Sequence record: PZ583739.1
Length of the DNA stretch: 64,000 bases
Source of the DNA: a phage
Strand: one strand, 5' to 3'
Positions 1-10,190 of the stretch are shown in pieces; position 1 is the stretch's first letter; every line of letters starts with the position of its first letter. Below the pieces are notes generated by a model. The model searched no databases, was not told the DNA's origin, and saw only the letters and a list, made by a program, of their open reading frames with translations. The position numbers were made by a program, and so were the translations under genes.

Positions 1-183
1 TTTAGTCATGAAGTGAACATAGATAAATCCTTGCTCAACACATTCCCGCCAGATTGGGTTATCCTTGACCGGATTAATATCAAACGAGTAATTATGATTC
101 ACATGACGAATAAACTGGTTAACATGACCGTAATCCATCGTGGTGACTGGACCACGGTCTGAAATAGTATGAACGACAAACAT
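1..183 (-). CDS. hypothetical protein, N-terminal part only (gene runs off the left edge)
   Basis: ATG at 183-181 overlaps the TGA stop of the upstream gene (ATGA junction); frame stays open to position 1 (MFVVHTISDRGPVTTMDYGHVNQF...). Confidence 0.35.
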   Translation of the reverse strand, partial: MFVVHTISDRGPVTTMDYGHVNQFIRHVNHNYSFDINPVKDNPIWRECVEQGFIYVHFMTK

Positions 184-1007
184 CAATTGCCCCCTTGTCC
201 GCCGGTCGGTTGATTGTACCAATATTCAATACCAGTACCCACGCGTGGGCCATATTGATATGGATATGCTGGATTATAACCAGGAGTCCACGGTTGTCCA
301 GGCTGCCAGCCCTGCTGCATTTGTTGCTGAAGACGGCGAGTTTCACGAAACAGCTCTTCCAGTTTACGGAGTTCATCTGGGGTGAATTCTGGTTTGACTG
401 GTTCATCTTTGTGTTTCAGTTTAAGCTGTCCGGCTACATCGTCCCAATTAAAAACTTTGGAAGCTGTTTTAGGAATAGCATCACGTTCGCCGCGGGCCAT
501 CCAATAAACCGGGACTTCAAGAATTTCACTCGCATGGTCGCAATGGTGTGCAAGGTCATCAATATAACAAATGACATTATATTTGTCTTTTGCCTTCTGA
601 AATAACTCCTCTTTAGAGGCTGTATGGCCGCACATCATCACTTCTTTAAATGCGCCAGGGAACAAAGCGTTCAGGTTGAATTGACGATTCAGACGGGCAT
701 CAATGGAATCACCCAGAGCCGTAACAGCCACAAAATCATATTGCTCTTTGAGGTTATTAATAACCCTTAACGCATCCGTGTAAGGAGACAAATAGCGAAT
801 AAAATCTGAACAGTTATATTTCTCAATCAACTGTGCTCCCAACTCTTCATCACAATTGAACAGTTTACCAGGGGTCACAAATTTTTCATCCTGAATCATT
901 TTAAGGATATGTTCCAGGGGTAAATTATATTTTTGAGCGAAATAAGGCAAGCCTGACTGCCATGACAAACATACGCCATCAATATCTGTTAAAATAACGG
1001 GTTTCAT
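183..1007 (-). CDS. HAD-superfamily hydrolase-like protein with P/G/Y/Q-rich C-terminal tail
   Basis: 274-aa ORF; N-terminal ILTDIDGV (HAD motif I), later YIDD acidic motif; low-complexity tail QGWQPGQPWTPGYNPAYPYQYG; overlaps next gene by 4 nt. Confidence 0.5.
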   Translation of the reverse strand: MKPVILTDIDGVCLSWQSGLPYFAQKYNLPLEHILKMIQDEKFVTPGKLFNCDEELGAQLIEKYNCSDFIRYLSPYTDALRVINNLKEQYDFVAVTALGDSIDARLNRQFNLNALFPGAFKEVMMCGHTASKEELFQKAKDKYNVICYIDDLAHHCDHASEILEVPVYWMARGERDAIPKTASKVFNWDDVAGQLKLKHKDEPVKPEFTPDELRKLEELFRETRRLQQQMQQGWQPGQPWTPGYNPAYPYQYGPRVGTGIEYWYNQPTGGQGGN

Positions 1008-1471
1008 AATGCATCTCTCAATTGGTTAAGTATGTCAATAAATTCTTGTTCAGTCAATATTGTATCATGAACAGTAAGGTGGCTCGCCATCGAATGCTTT
1101 AAAACTTTGCCCTTTGTAGCTTGTAATGCGTCGCGGAATCCTTTGTTTTGGAGCGCTGCTTCAAAATAAGCATTTGTATACAACTCTTTCCATGATGCAG
1201 AGTATCTTGAAAAGGGAATTCCAAGCCAGAAAAGCGTCCCACGGTCCGCAGCTCTTGCATAAGCTCTTCCACTTTGCTGGGCGGCCAATCCGGACATCCC
1301 AAATATACGTTTTTGTTGTTCATTATTTCTCACCTTGCACCCTTGTAGGAAGCATTCAAGACCCCCAAACTGGATACCCTCCATAACAAAAGGCCATTTA
1401 GCAAAGTTACTTAATGCACATGATGGCCACGGAAAATTACTTCTGATTTCTAACTCAGACATCTTTGACAC
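1004..1471 (-). CDS. NADAR (YbiA/DUF1768-like) domain protein
   Basis: 155 aa; LSNFAKWPF...ECFLQGCKV pattern resembles the FSNF / EHYFQAxKF signature of E. coli YbiA-type NADAR domains (recalled, not aligned). Confidence 0.5.
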   Translation of the reverse strand: MSKMSELEIRSNFPWPSCALSNFAKWPFVMEGIQFGGLECFLQGCKVRNNEQQKRIFGMSGLAAQQSGRAYARAADRGTLFWLGIPFSRYSASWKELYTNAYFEAALQNKGFRDALQATKGKVLKHSMASHLTVHDTILTEQEFIDILNQLRDAL

Positions 1472-1667
1472 TGATAATATCTACATCAGCCCAATGACCA
1501 TAACCAGGTAGACGGTCTTTAATAGATAATCCACCGTCAGATTTCAGCATTTTAATTGTTTTAGTATATGGTTCAATATTTCGGGCCCATGGGCTCACGT
1601 CTGTTACACGATAAGTAACTTCAACCATTTCTGTGCCCAAAATTTTCTGAATCAGTTTCTTAAACAT
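1455..1667 (-). CDS. hypothetical protein
   Basis: 70-aa ORF in co-directional packed array; start may be downstream of the track start. Confidence 0.4.
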   Translation of the reverse strand: MFKKLIQKILGTEMVEVTYRVTDVSPWARNIEPYTKTIKMLKSDGGLSIKDRLPGYGHWADVDIISVKDV

Positions 1668-1668
1668 A

Positions 1669-1863
1669 TTATCCTCGCTTTAAGCATTTGATTACAGACA
1701 ACTCACCACCCATGCGAACGTCTTCAGTTCCATCAACCCACAAGACTGCATATGCTTCTTTAATTCGGGTATTGCCTAATTTAAACGCAGGCAGGACCTT
1801 TGAAATCATTCCAGGAATACCCACACCTTTTAACTGAACTGTTTGTGATAAGAATAGTTGCAT
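1669..1863 (-). CDS. hypothetical protein
   Basis: 64-aa ORF, tightly abutting neighbours. Confidence 0.4.
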   Translation of the reverse strand: MQLFLSQTVQLKGVGIPGMISKVLPAFKLGNTRIKEAYAVLWVDGTEDVRMGGELSVIKCLKRG

Positions 1864-2150
1864 TAGAACCTCGTCAGGAAACCGCGTGATTTAACATTAC
1901 CGCCATTAATATCAGATGAATTAATTTCCCGCGCCGCAATTGGGTCAATATCAATGTCGCGTCTAAGCTTGGTGATTGCCAGAGTATCACGTCCATTAAC
2001 AGTCCTGAATTCAACTGGGCAAACTACATCAACATAGTTCTTAATGGAATCGCGTGTTGGTTCACACCCAGCAGGAACATTAGGGCCTTTTTTAGAGAAA
2101 ACAACTTCACAGAAATTTTTACGTGTATCAAAGTAAGTAGTCATAAACAT
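1863..2150 (-). CDS. hypothetical protein
   Basis: 95-aa ORF; GC hairpin GGGGC-tttc-GCCCC at 2165-2178 just upstream. Confidence 0.4.
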   Translation of the reverse strand: MFMTTYFDTRKNFCEVVFSKKGPNVPAGCEPTRDSIKNYVDVVCPVEFRTVNGRDTLAITKLRRDIDIDPIAAREINSSDINGGNVKSRGFLTRF

Positions 2151-2191
2151 AGTATTTTCCTCAAGGGGCTTTCGCCCCCCCCCATTTAAGA

Positions 2192-2557
2192 TTAGATATC
2201 AAATTCATTAAGAACTACATCAAAGATTGCTTCCAGGTGTTCAGGTTTTGCTTTGTTGCTCAGGATGTGACGAATCCAAGTTTTAACCAGAAGCTTGCGA
2301 TTAACACCATTCCAGCAAGGATGAGTCCCTAAATCACGTTCACGGAAATCATCATCTAAAGCAATTTTAAAAGTTGAACCAGTCATAGTGATTGAAAGAG
2401 TGATACCATTTTCAAATCGCATATAAACGTAGTTAGGAGTCATATACTGTTCAATTTCGCACACTGAACCATTTTTATGTTTCCATAAGCAAATAAATTC
2501 AGAAGAACCTGGGATGCAGTTAGAAACATATTTGCGTTCAAAGTTGATGTAGTTCAT
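2192..2557 (-). CDS. hypothetical protein
   Basis: 121-aa ORF preceded by conserved CTGGAGAATAAAATG initiation region. Confidence 0.5.
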   Translation of the reverse strand: MNYINFERKYVSNCIPGSSEFICLWKHKNGSVCEIEQYMTPNYVYMRFENGITLSITMTGSTFKIALDDDFRERDLGTHPCWNGVNRKLLVKTWIRHILSNKAKPEHLEAIFDVVLNEFDI

Positions 2558-2584
2558 TTTATTCTCCAGTTGTTTTCATTTGTT

Positions 2585-2624
2585 GGTACAGGTCTATAAT
2601 ATCATAACCTGTACCAAAGTAAAC
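2585..2624 (-). promoter_or_regulatory. early sigma70-type promoter with stem-loop (PeSL-like cassette)
   Basis: minus strand GTTTAC-17nt-TATTAT; inverted repeat GGTACAGGT (2585-2593) / ACCTGTACC (2607-2615) brackets the -10. Confidence 0.5.
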
Positions 2625-2628
2625 TGTT

Positions 2629-2997
2629 TTATGCGACTTTAATCCAATTATCTAAATTTAATTCACCCTTAGCTTTCATTTTTTCAATCAAATCATCAGC
2701 AGTAGTGCGACCATTTTGATACCATGTAACATCTTCAGAATAACCAGTTTCTTCATCTTCATAGGTCTTACAACGAATCTTACCAAGAATCAAAGTTTTC
2801 AGTTCGTAGGTATCACCAGTAAAAAAGTTTGTTACCATAATTTTCCAAGAGAAGTCATCAGAAGGACCTTCTGGAGTCATACAAGAAACGAATTCAAATT
2901 GTTCTTTATACAAGTGCCATTGCATTTCTTTAGTTTCAATGGCTTTGTAACCGTCGTGGTCTTTACCTTTGATGTATGAGTTAAGATTGATTTTCAT
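2629..2997 (-). CDS. hypothetical protein
   Basis: 122-aa ORF; conserved leader and CTGGAGAATAAAATG start context. Confidence 0.5.
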   Translation of the reverse strand: MKINLNSYIKGKDHDGYKAIETKEMQWHLYKEQFEFVSCMTPEGPSDDFSWKIMVTNFFTGDTYELKTLILGKIRCKTYEDEETGYSEDVTWYQNGRTTADDLIEKMKAKGELNLDNWIKVA

Positions 2998-3035
2998 TTT
3001 ATTCTCCAGTGTTTTATTGTGTAACTCAGTATGGA

Positions 3036-3068
3036 ATCATTATGCACTGGTCAAACCCTGTTGTAAAC
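3036..3068 (-). promoter_or_regulatory. early promoter with conserved leader
   Basis: minus strand GTTTAC (3063-3068 rc) -18nt- CATAAT then conserved leader GATTCCATACTGAGTTAC. Confidence 0.45.
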
Positions 3069-3080
3069 CCCTTTATGGAA

Positions 3081-3107
3081 AATAAAAAAGGGACTCCGAA
3101 GAGTCCC
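3081..3107 (-). terminator. rho-independent terminator, UUCG-loop hairpin
   Basis: GGGACTC-cgaa-GAGTCCC (3090-3107) preceded on plus strand by A-run, i.e. U-run after the hairpin on minus-strand RNA. Confidence 0.6.
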
Positions 3108-3112
3108 TGAAC

Positions 3113-3274
3113 TTATGCTTTCGGCTTACCAAAGCAAGCTGCATCGGCACGCAATACCGCACGAGCACGAGCCTGAAGTTTATCAGTTACCTGATTGATT
3201 CGCTGGTTGGACGCACGCTTGTAACCAGCGCGTTTGGAGGAGCCATCAACAACTTTAACTTCTTTCTTAGCCAT
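3113..3274 (-). CDS. small basic protein (53 aa), not in ORF track
   Basis: ATG 3274, TAA 3113; MAKKEVKVVDGSSKRAGYKRASNQ...; sits immediately before the terminator. Confidence 0.3.
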   Translation of the reverse strand: MAKKEVKVVDGSSKRAGYKRASNQRINQVTDKLQARARAVLRADAACFGKPKA

Positions 3275-3305
3275 ATTAAATTCTCTTTAAAATAGAATGC
3301 AGGAC

Positions 3306-3596
3306 TTATTGACATTGCCTGCGCAAGCCCTCAAGGGGGAACATAGGTTTTGTATATTTAACGACAGGATAACCATAAACCTCGTCATCATACCAACCAC
3401 GACTTAGACAGATAACCTTTTTCTGACGCGTGATAGTACAAAATACATTCAAGAGGTACACCACAAAATTATCGGGGTCTAAAACTATAATGATTCGCAA
3501 ACCATTAATCAGATAATTCGGTGGCTCCTCGGATGATATTAAAGACAATATACAAGCAGGTATCATATTATAGTGGAGGTACCTGCCAACATCCAC
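3306..3596 (-). CDS. hypothetical protein (start uncertain)
   Basis: 96-aa ORF using GTG start; a TATAAT-containing inverted repeat GCAGGTA/TACCTGC (3556-3586) lies inside its 5' end, so the real start may differ. Confidence 0.3.
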   Translation of the reverse strand: MDVGRYLHYNMIPACILSLISSEEPPNYLINGLRIIIVLDPDNFVVYLLNVFCTITRQKKVICLSRGWYDDEVYGYPVVKYTKPMFPLEGLRRQCQ

Positions 3597-3603
3597 CTAA
3601 AGC

Positions 3604-3858
3604 TTACTTCAGGGTTACGACAAAATGGCGAACAGCTTTACGGGCAGCAGATGCCAGTGGCTTAGCAAATTTCAGTTCATCTTTTGCTTCGAGCACTGCG
3701 CGAAGGTCGGTTTGAACCGGGTTAAGATGTTTGAAATACTGCAGAATTTCCAGTGCTTCGGCTTCAACATCAATAGATGCGCCGTAGTTTTCGTGACCGT
3801 TATTCCATGCAGTGCGTTGCAGTTCAAGAGCGTGTTGTAATTGTTTGTTTAAAGACAT
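3604..3858 (-). CDS. rIII: rIII lysis-inhibition accessory protein
   Basis: from internal ATG 3858 (SD GAGG): MSLNKQLQHALELQRTAWNNGHENYGASIDVEAEALEILQYFKHLNP... matches T4 rIII as remembered. Confidence 0.85.
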   Translation of the reverse strand: MSLNKQLQHALELQRTAWNNGHENYGASIDVEAEALEILQYFKHLNPVQTDLRAVLEAKDELKFAKPLASAARKAVRHFVVTLK

Positions 3859-4029
3859 TTTAGAAGCCTCAATATGAGGTGAATATTTGGTGGACACGTT
3901 CTTCTGAATTTCACTTCCTTTCGGCAAGTCTCTCAGTTGTAGTCCACCGTTTAGGATTAGCTAACCCCATACACCAGCAAAGCTCTGTATGACATCAACC
4001 AATCCATATTATTATTTATAACGCTAATT

Positions 4030-4353
4030 TTACTTATAAAGACAAGGAACAGCTTTATAATGACAGGTCACAAATTTCTGCTTAACTTCTTTAGCCTGCT
4101 TAAGTCCCAGAGCAACCAGAGGATGTGGAACGTTTGCAATCTTGCCAACCGGAAGAGGAGTCAAATCACCCACTTCACAGAAACCTTCAGGAACATCCGG
4201 ACCAATCGAAAATACTTCACACATCTCTGGGATTTCACCCTGATGGAGTTTTCCGATAACGATACCTGATGCCGTAGTTTCTTCATCACCAGCTTGCTTT
4301 GGCTCAGAAACCAAAATAATATATTCACCTACTGCTTTAATTGGTAATTCCAT
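4030..4353 (-). CDS. 31: gp31 co-chaperonin (GroES-like)
   Basis: ...[23 protein letters not shown]...[15 protein letters not shown]...[14 protein letters not shown] matches T4 gp31; start set at ATG 4353 (track start 4377 also possible). Confidence 0.85.
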   Translation of the reverse strand: MELPIKAVGEYIILVSEPKQAGDEETTASGIVIGKLHQGEIPEMCEVFSIGPDVPEGFCEVGDLTPLPVGKIANVPHPLVALGLKQAKEVKQKFVTCHYKAVPCLYK

Positions 4354-4408
4354 ATTTAATCCATGTTGTTTGGTCATGTATTAATAATAACACGCACCGT
4401 TTGAAGCA

Positions 4409-4708
4409 TTAAAGGACAAGCAGAGTCTCGGTCTGTAGCCCATTCACGGAAATCAATTTATTGAAACAGAATGAACGCCATTCATTAAGCTTGGTATCAA
4501 ATACCCGGATATAGCTAACTGGTTCTTTATTGGCTTCTGGTCCAGGGGCCTGGATTTCTTTATACGGTAGCAGGTCCAGGTCGCGAGTACAAGTCATACG
4601 ACGGATGCTACCATCTGCTTTTTCAAACAGAACTTCGTGAAAACCAACAGACAAAATAGTCTTGACTTTTTCACGGAGACGAATTGTTTCTTGTTCAGTT
4701 AAAATCAT
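4409..4708 (-). CDS. hypothetical protein (31.1 position)
   Basis: 99-aa ORF between 31 and cd as in T4. Confidence 0.45.
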   Translation of the reverse strand: MILTEQETIRLREKVKTILSVGFHEVLFEKADGSIRRMTCTRDLDLLPYKEIQAPGPEANKEPVSYIRVFDTKLNEWRSFCFNKLISVNGLQTETLLVL

Positions 4709-4710
4709 AA

Positions 4711-4944
4711 TTATTCCAGAATAGTTTTGATAGTGGTTGCATTACGCTCTTTTAGAGCTCTTAATAGGCTATGGCAATTATCAAGAATAGGCACCGTTTT
4801 ATATTTCATTTCGGGGCGAACCCACTCGGATTTATAGTACGATTTCCAACGAGAGAAAAAGTATTTTTTATATTCTACTGAATAGGCTACCAGGTTTTCA
4901 CCTTTTGAGTTCAGACCTGAAAACTTAACTAGACGAAATTTCAT
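4711..4944 (-). CDS. hypothetical protein (31.2 position)
   Basis: 77-aa ORF; ATGA overlap with cd stop. Confidence 0.45.
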   Translation of the reverse strand: MKFRLVKFSGLNSKGENLVAYSVEYKKYFFSRWKSYYKSEWVRPEMKYKTVPILDNCHSLLRALKERNATTIKTILE

Positions 4945-5525
4945 TATTCACCACAAAATTCGTTAATGTTTTCCCAGTTCAATTTGTCTAGACTACGCTT
5001 AGGCACATTGAACACCTCAATTCCCGCGTTCTTCAGGATATCATCCCAACCAGGAATATTCTTATCATACGTTTCACAGTAAACCAATTTCTTGATTCCT
5101 GATTGAGAAATTGCCTTTGCACAATCAGGACAAGGAGAAAGCGTCACATACATAGTAGCGCCTTCAATTGACGAACCCATTCTGGCTGCGAACAGAATCG
5201 CATTAAGCTCAGCATGAATTTCGTTGTTCTTTGACCATGCAGAATGTTCTTCGCGATGAGCTTTCGCCAATACAAAACGGTCAACCTGACTGAATCTCAC
5301 GCATTCTGGCTTATGACCAGGGATGAGAACAGGTTTAGGTTTATTCAGTAACCAACCTTGCTCTTCCGCATGCTCGCAACAGTTAACCCCACCTGCAGGG
5401 GAACCATTATACCCTGTAGAAATAATGCGGCCATTCTTTTCAATAACAGCTCCCACTTTCCAGGAGCAACATTTGGATTCTTGAGATACAAGGTATGCGA
5501 TTTGCAGAACAGTAGTTGGTTTCAT
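4944..5525 (-). CDS. cd: dCMP deaminase
   Basis: 193 aa; zinc motifs CCEHAE / HAELNAI / SPCPDCAKAI; near-identical to T4 Cd as remembered. Confidence 0.9.
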   Translation of the reverse strand: MKPTTVLQIAYLVSQESKCCSWKVGAVIEKNGRIISTGYNGSPAGGVNCCEHAEEQGWLLNKPKPVLIPGHKPECVRFSQVDRFVLAKAHREEHSAWSKNNEIHAELNAILFAARMGSSIEGATMYVTLSPCPDCAKAISQSGIKKLVYCETYDKNIPGWDDILKNAGIEVFNVPKRSLDKLNWENINEFCGE

Positions 5526-5861
5526 TTACATCACCACGAGATAATTGGTTTTAATAGTTTCAACACGATATAATTCATGTCGCAATTTAGTAATGCTCTT
5601 AACATGTGTTGTAATTATACTATCACCGTCGCTGAAGCGTTTTTTCTTATCGCCAAAAATCACCCCAAACATTCGCTCACCAATTTCTACAGGAGCTTCT
5701 GTGATAACAACCGCATCATAATTACTTGGGTGAATACTTTTAAACAGAGCATCATTCACAAGCGTTACTTTGATAAATGCAGCTGTCTCCGGGTCCAACT
5801 TACGATGGTCACCCAAATCATTTTTAAGTGCTTCCTGAAAAATATCCATTAAATTCATCAT
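5526..5861 (-). CDS. hypothetical protein (cd.x region)
   Basis: 111-aa ORF. Confidence 0.45.
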   Translation of the reverse strand: MMNLMDIFQEALKNDLGDHRKLDPETAAFIKVTLVNDALFKSIHPSNYDAVVITEAPVEIGERMFGVIFGDKKKRFSDGDSIITTHVKSITKLRHELYRVETIKTNYLVVM

Positions 5862-6103
5862 TGAATATACACTCGCTGCGCTTCAACCAGACCGTCAGAA
5901 CCCAATTTCAGTTGGGTCAACTGGTCACCACCTTTTAGAGTAATTTTCGGATTAATGACAATCATAAAACTGCGTGCAGATTCCTGAATAACTTGCAAAG
6001 TCGCAGCAGGGAATCGCTGTGATACGCGGTTAATCATCTCTTGAGCAAATGCCTTCACTTTTTCGTGGAACTCTTCAACAGTAATTGGGGTTTCGCTAAG
6101 CAT
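5858..6103 (-). CDS. hypothetical protein
   Basis: 81-aa ORF, 4-nt overlaps both sides. Confidence 0.45.
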   Translation of the reverse strand: MLSETPITVEEFHEKVKAFAQEMINRVSQRFPAATLQVIQESARSFMIVINPKITLKGGDQLTQLKLGSDGLVEAQRVYIQ

Positions 6104-6645
6104 CAGATTGTCTCCTGTTTTACTTGTTTAACGATAGAAGCTTTTGTGATATCGCCTTTGATAATATAGCAATCTTCAACAGTACCACGGTTTAACAGAC
6201 GCTCTGCTTCGCCTTCCGCATATTCTTTTGACACATGACGAGAGTTAATCTCAATCTTGCCATTTTTAACCACAAGCAATTTCCAAACTGATGCAAGTTT
6301 TACTGGCACAGGTTCAACTTCTGGCTTAACACCAACTTCTGCCTGGATGAAATAATCAAATTCATCAGACAATGGACCAGCAGAAACAAACATTGCCCCA
6401 TGATGCCTGTTCTGTGTGCCAGATATTTTTGGCAAATCCACAAAATCATTTTCATCAATCAAACGAATCTCACAAACTTTTTTACCGCCGCTGATGTCAT
6501 CGGATAAAATCTTAACTTCAAACGGAGTCATACCGATGTATCCAGCAATTTGGTAATTGGCTGCCCAGCCTCCGGCAATAAACTGTTTTTTGGCATTTTC
6601 AGATACAAATTTGTAAAACTTACCTTCTTCAAAGAAATCGCTCAT
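6103..6645 (-). CDS. hypothetical protein
   Basis: 180-aa ORF with its own promoter cassette upstream. Confidence 0.5.
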   Translation of the reverse strand: MSDFFEEGKFYKFVSENAKKQFIAGGWAANYQIAGYIGMTPFEVKILSDDISGGKKVCEIRLIDENDFVDLPKISGTQNRHHGAMFVSAGPLSDEFDYFIQAEVGVKPEVEPVPVKLASVWKLLVVKNGKIEINSRHVSKEYAEGEAERLLNRGTVEDCYIIKGDITKASIVKQVKQETI

Positions 6646-6671
6646 TTTGTTTTCCTCATGTGTTGATGAAA

Positions 6672-6703
6672 TTCATTATACACCATCCATGGTGAAAGTA
6701 AAC
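6672..6703 (-). promoter_or_regulatory. early promoter
   Basis: minus strand GTTTAC (6698-6703 rc) - spacer - TATAAT (6675-6680 rc). Confidence 0.45.
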
Positions 6704-6705
6704 AC

Positions 6706-6984
6706 TTAAATTGCTTCGACAACTACCGTTTGTTTCTGGAAGTCCATTTTGCATGAAATAGCCAAAATATGGTTATCAATTTTAAATGGAACAATTGCAA
6801 ATGCTGCACCAGGCGTGAGTTGAACAGTGATTGCATCAACTGCATCCGGGAACATGATTTCCAGAATAGCAGACAAACGACCGTGCACTTTTAGTTCAGT
6901 CGACACGTCGACGCTTTCGTATAGATAATCAGATACAATCTGACTAAAAAGTACTTTAACAATTTCAGAATATGTAGGAAACAT
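6706..6984 (-). CDS. hypothetical protein
   Basis: 92-aa ORF. Confidence 0.4.
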   Translation of the reverse strand: MFPTYSEIVKVLFSQIVSDYLYESVDVSTELKVHGRLSAILEIMFPDAVDAITVQLTPGAAFAIVPFKIDNHILAISCKMDFQKQTVVVEAI

Positions 6985-7055
6985 TTCTTTTCTCGCTTAG
7001 TTATTGGGGTATCCAAAGGACCTAGACCCCATTATATCATAAAATTTTTAAAGCG

Positions 7056-7271
7056 TTAATGGACGGTATGCACCTTGACATTAACGATAAATCGGTCAAT
7101 GACTTCAGTCAGCGGAACGAATTCAACATAATATTCGCCCTTGTACCGTTCGTTGATGTCATTACGCAGTGCAGCCAGGTTATTGATAAGAGCAGGAGAC
7201 ATATTCTGACCTACCAGTTTCTGAAGCTCTTTATAAGCTTCTTCTTCAACTTCATGGTGTTTGTTATACAT
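7056..7271 (-). CDS. hypothetical protein
   Basis: start moved to ATG 7271 (MYNKHHEVEEE...); track ORF over-extended into the neighbour. Confidence 0.4.
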   Translation of the reverse strand: MYNKHHEVEEEAYKELQKLVGQNMSPALINNLAALRNDINERYKGEYYVEFVPLTEVIDRFIVNVKVHTVH

Positions 7272-7461
7272 AATGTTCTTCCAAGAAGGCCAAGAGTTCT
7301 GGAGCGGATTTAAAGATACCGCCATCGACCTTGTCTTCATCTTTATAGTCCATTACATCCAGGCCAATACGTCCATCAGTTAAAGGCCATACACTGAAAA
7401 AGTATTCGTAACGTTTTTCAATCTCTTCGATTGTACGAAAAATCTTTTCGATATTATTCAT
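7264..7461 (-). CDS. hypothetical protein
   Basis: 65-aa ORF. Confidence 0.4.
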   Translation of the reverse strand: MNNIEKIFRTIEEIEKRYEYFFSVWPLTDGRIGLDVMDYKDEDKVDGGIFKSAPELLAFLEEHYV

Positions 7462-7653
7462 AGGTTTTCCATGGTAATTGGATTCGAGTTTGTTTTACAG
7501 TAAGCTCGACCTCGGGATTCAATTTTTTCAATCGGAGACATTCTTCCCAGGCGTCTGATTCGTTACTGAACGTATAGAAACGGCCGTCAATAACTACAAT
7601 CTTTTTCTGATTGGTAATATTAACAATGGCCCAGGTATCGCAATAATAGCCCA

Positions 7654-7654
<1 letters not shown>
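7454..7654 (-). CDS. hypothetical protein
   Basis: 66-aa ORF just upstream of pseT. Confidence 0.4.
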
Positions 7655-8876
<1,222 letters not shown>

Positions 8877-8904
8877 AATAATTTCCCCAATTTTATAATC
8901 CGTA

Positions 8905-8939
8905 GGAGCATTATACTCTGCTCCCATGAGTTTGTACAC
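8905..8939 (-). promoter_or_regulatory. early promoter with stem-loop (PeSL-like)
   Basis: minus strand GTGTACA ... TATAAT; inverted repeat GGAGCA (8905-8910) / TGCTCC (8919-8924) around the -10. Confidence 0.5.
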
Positions 8940-9042
8940 TACTTTCCAAAAAGACCTTGAACACATAAAGTGGCCGCAATTCCAAAACAAAAACAGAATG
9001 CACCAAATCTAACAATATCCCAACCAAGGCTACAGTTCTCTA

Positions 9043-9333
9043 TCATTTACAACGTTCCTCTTTTAGTTCAGAACGATAATAACATAACATACCTTTTTGG
9101 TCATGTACATATCTTTTTACATCATTCATCCAAATCCGGAATTCTTGCGATGCTTCAAAAGGCATACCAACCCAGGCTTGACCCTCAATTACCTTAACTT
9201 CCCATTGCTGTTTGTAATCAGCCAATGCAACAGGCCAATTGGGATGAACTTGGATTGTGGGCTCCACAACGGGCTTCTGGGCACATGAAACGAGTCCAAT
9301 AGCCAAACATACTGCCATGATAGATTTCATCAT
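9043..9333 (-). CDS. o-spanin-like outer-membrane lipoprotein (pseT.2 position)
   Basis: signal peptide with lipobox GLVSC; ATGA overlap with the upstream i-spanin-like gene. Confidence 0.6.
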   Translation of the reverse strand: MMKSIMAVCLAIGLVSCAQKPVVEPTIQVHPNWPVALADYKQQWEVKVIEGQAWVGMPFEASQEFRIWMNDVKRYVHDQKGMLCYYRSELKEERCK

Positions 9334-9683
9334 TTGGTGAGCTCCTGGAAGTCCCGGGCGAACTTATCAAAAGACTGATTAATCTGTTTTTCAACTAATT
9401 TAGGCTTCGCTACCACAACCTTAGTACGTTTTGCATCTGCACGGAGTTTATCATTTTCCTTCTGCAGAAGTTCAACATATTCCTGCCGCTCCTGGTCAAG
9501 GAGATTAATTTGATTAATTTGGTCTTTTACTGATTGCAGATTTTTCGCGTTATCTTCTGCAACTTTGGTGACCGCAGCCACCTCTGTCTTGAGATTATCT
9601 ACTTTTGCTTTTAGATAGAAACCACTACCAGCAGTTACTACCAGGGCGAGCATAAGCCCTGCAGTGAGATTACTTATTTGCAT
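9330..9683 (-). CDS. i-spanin-like protein (pseT.3 position)
   Basis: N-terminal TM helix (LMLALVVTAGSGFYL) followed by coiled-coil-like sequence; 117 aa. Confidence 0.6.
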   Translation of the reverse strand: MQISNLTAGLMLALVVTAGSGFYLKAKVDNLKTEVAAVTKVAEDNAKNLQSVKDQINQINLLDQERQEYVELLQKENDKLRADAKRTKVVVAKPKLVEKQINQSFDKFARDFQELTK

Positions 9684-10177
9684 AACTTGATGATTACCTC
9701 AACAATATCATCCTGGGATAAACCATTCAGGAGGATGTGATTTGTACTGTCAGACGCTGAAATGCGGAACTGATTACCAACTTCATCCGCCATATCATCC
9801 TGGGTTAACACTGGGTGTTTAATTCCCAGGCGGTGTTGAAGTGTCAGGGGTTCAACCACAACATAACAAACACATCCATTGATATGTACATTAGGTTGGG
9901 TCTGGTTAATGAACACTTCTGCATCATATTTAACCAAATGGTTCTTTAAGAATTCAACCATTTCAGGAACAGATTCATGCAGTGCTTCTTTCCGCTCTTC
10001 TGATTTTTTATCGCGATATTCTTTTTGTTTCGCCTTCAACTTTTTGTTAGAGGCGAGTTTTTTCCGCAGGTCAGTCATAAGACCAATTTTCTTGGTCCCT
10101 TTATAGACATAAATTCCGTCATGACGGTCACCATATTCATTGACAATCATTTCATTTGAAATCAGTTGCATATCCAT
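9674..10177 (-). CDS. alc: probable Alc-like protein (assigned by position and 167-aa length)
   Basis: start at ATG 10177 with SD GAGGAAAATATT; lies between rnlA and the spanins as in T4. Confidence 0.4.
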   Translation of the reverse strand: MDMQLISNEMIVNEYGDRHDGIYVYKGTKKIGLMTDLRKKLASNKKLKAKQKEYRDKKSEERKEALHESVPEMVEFLKNHLVKYDAEVFINQTQPNVHINGCVCYVVVEPLTLQHRLGIKHPVLTQDDMADEVGNQFRISASDSTNHILLNGLSQDDIVEVIIKLCK

Positions 10178-10190
10178 AATATTTTCCTCA

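Noticed and set aside
195-605. 136-aa plus-strand ORF
   Set aside because: Antisense to the HAD-like gene; product looks low-complexity; no SD.
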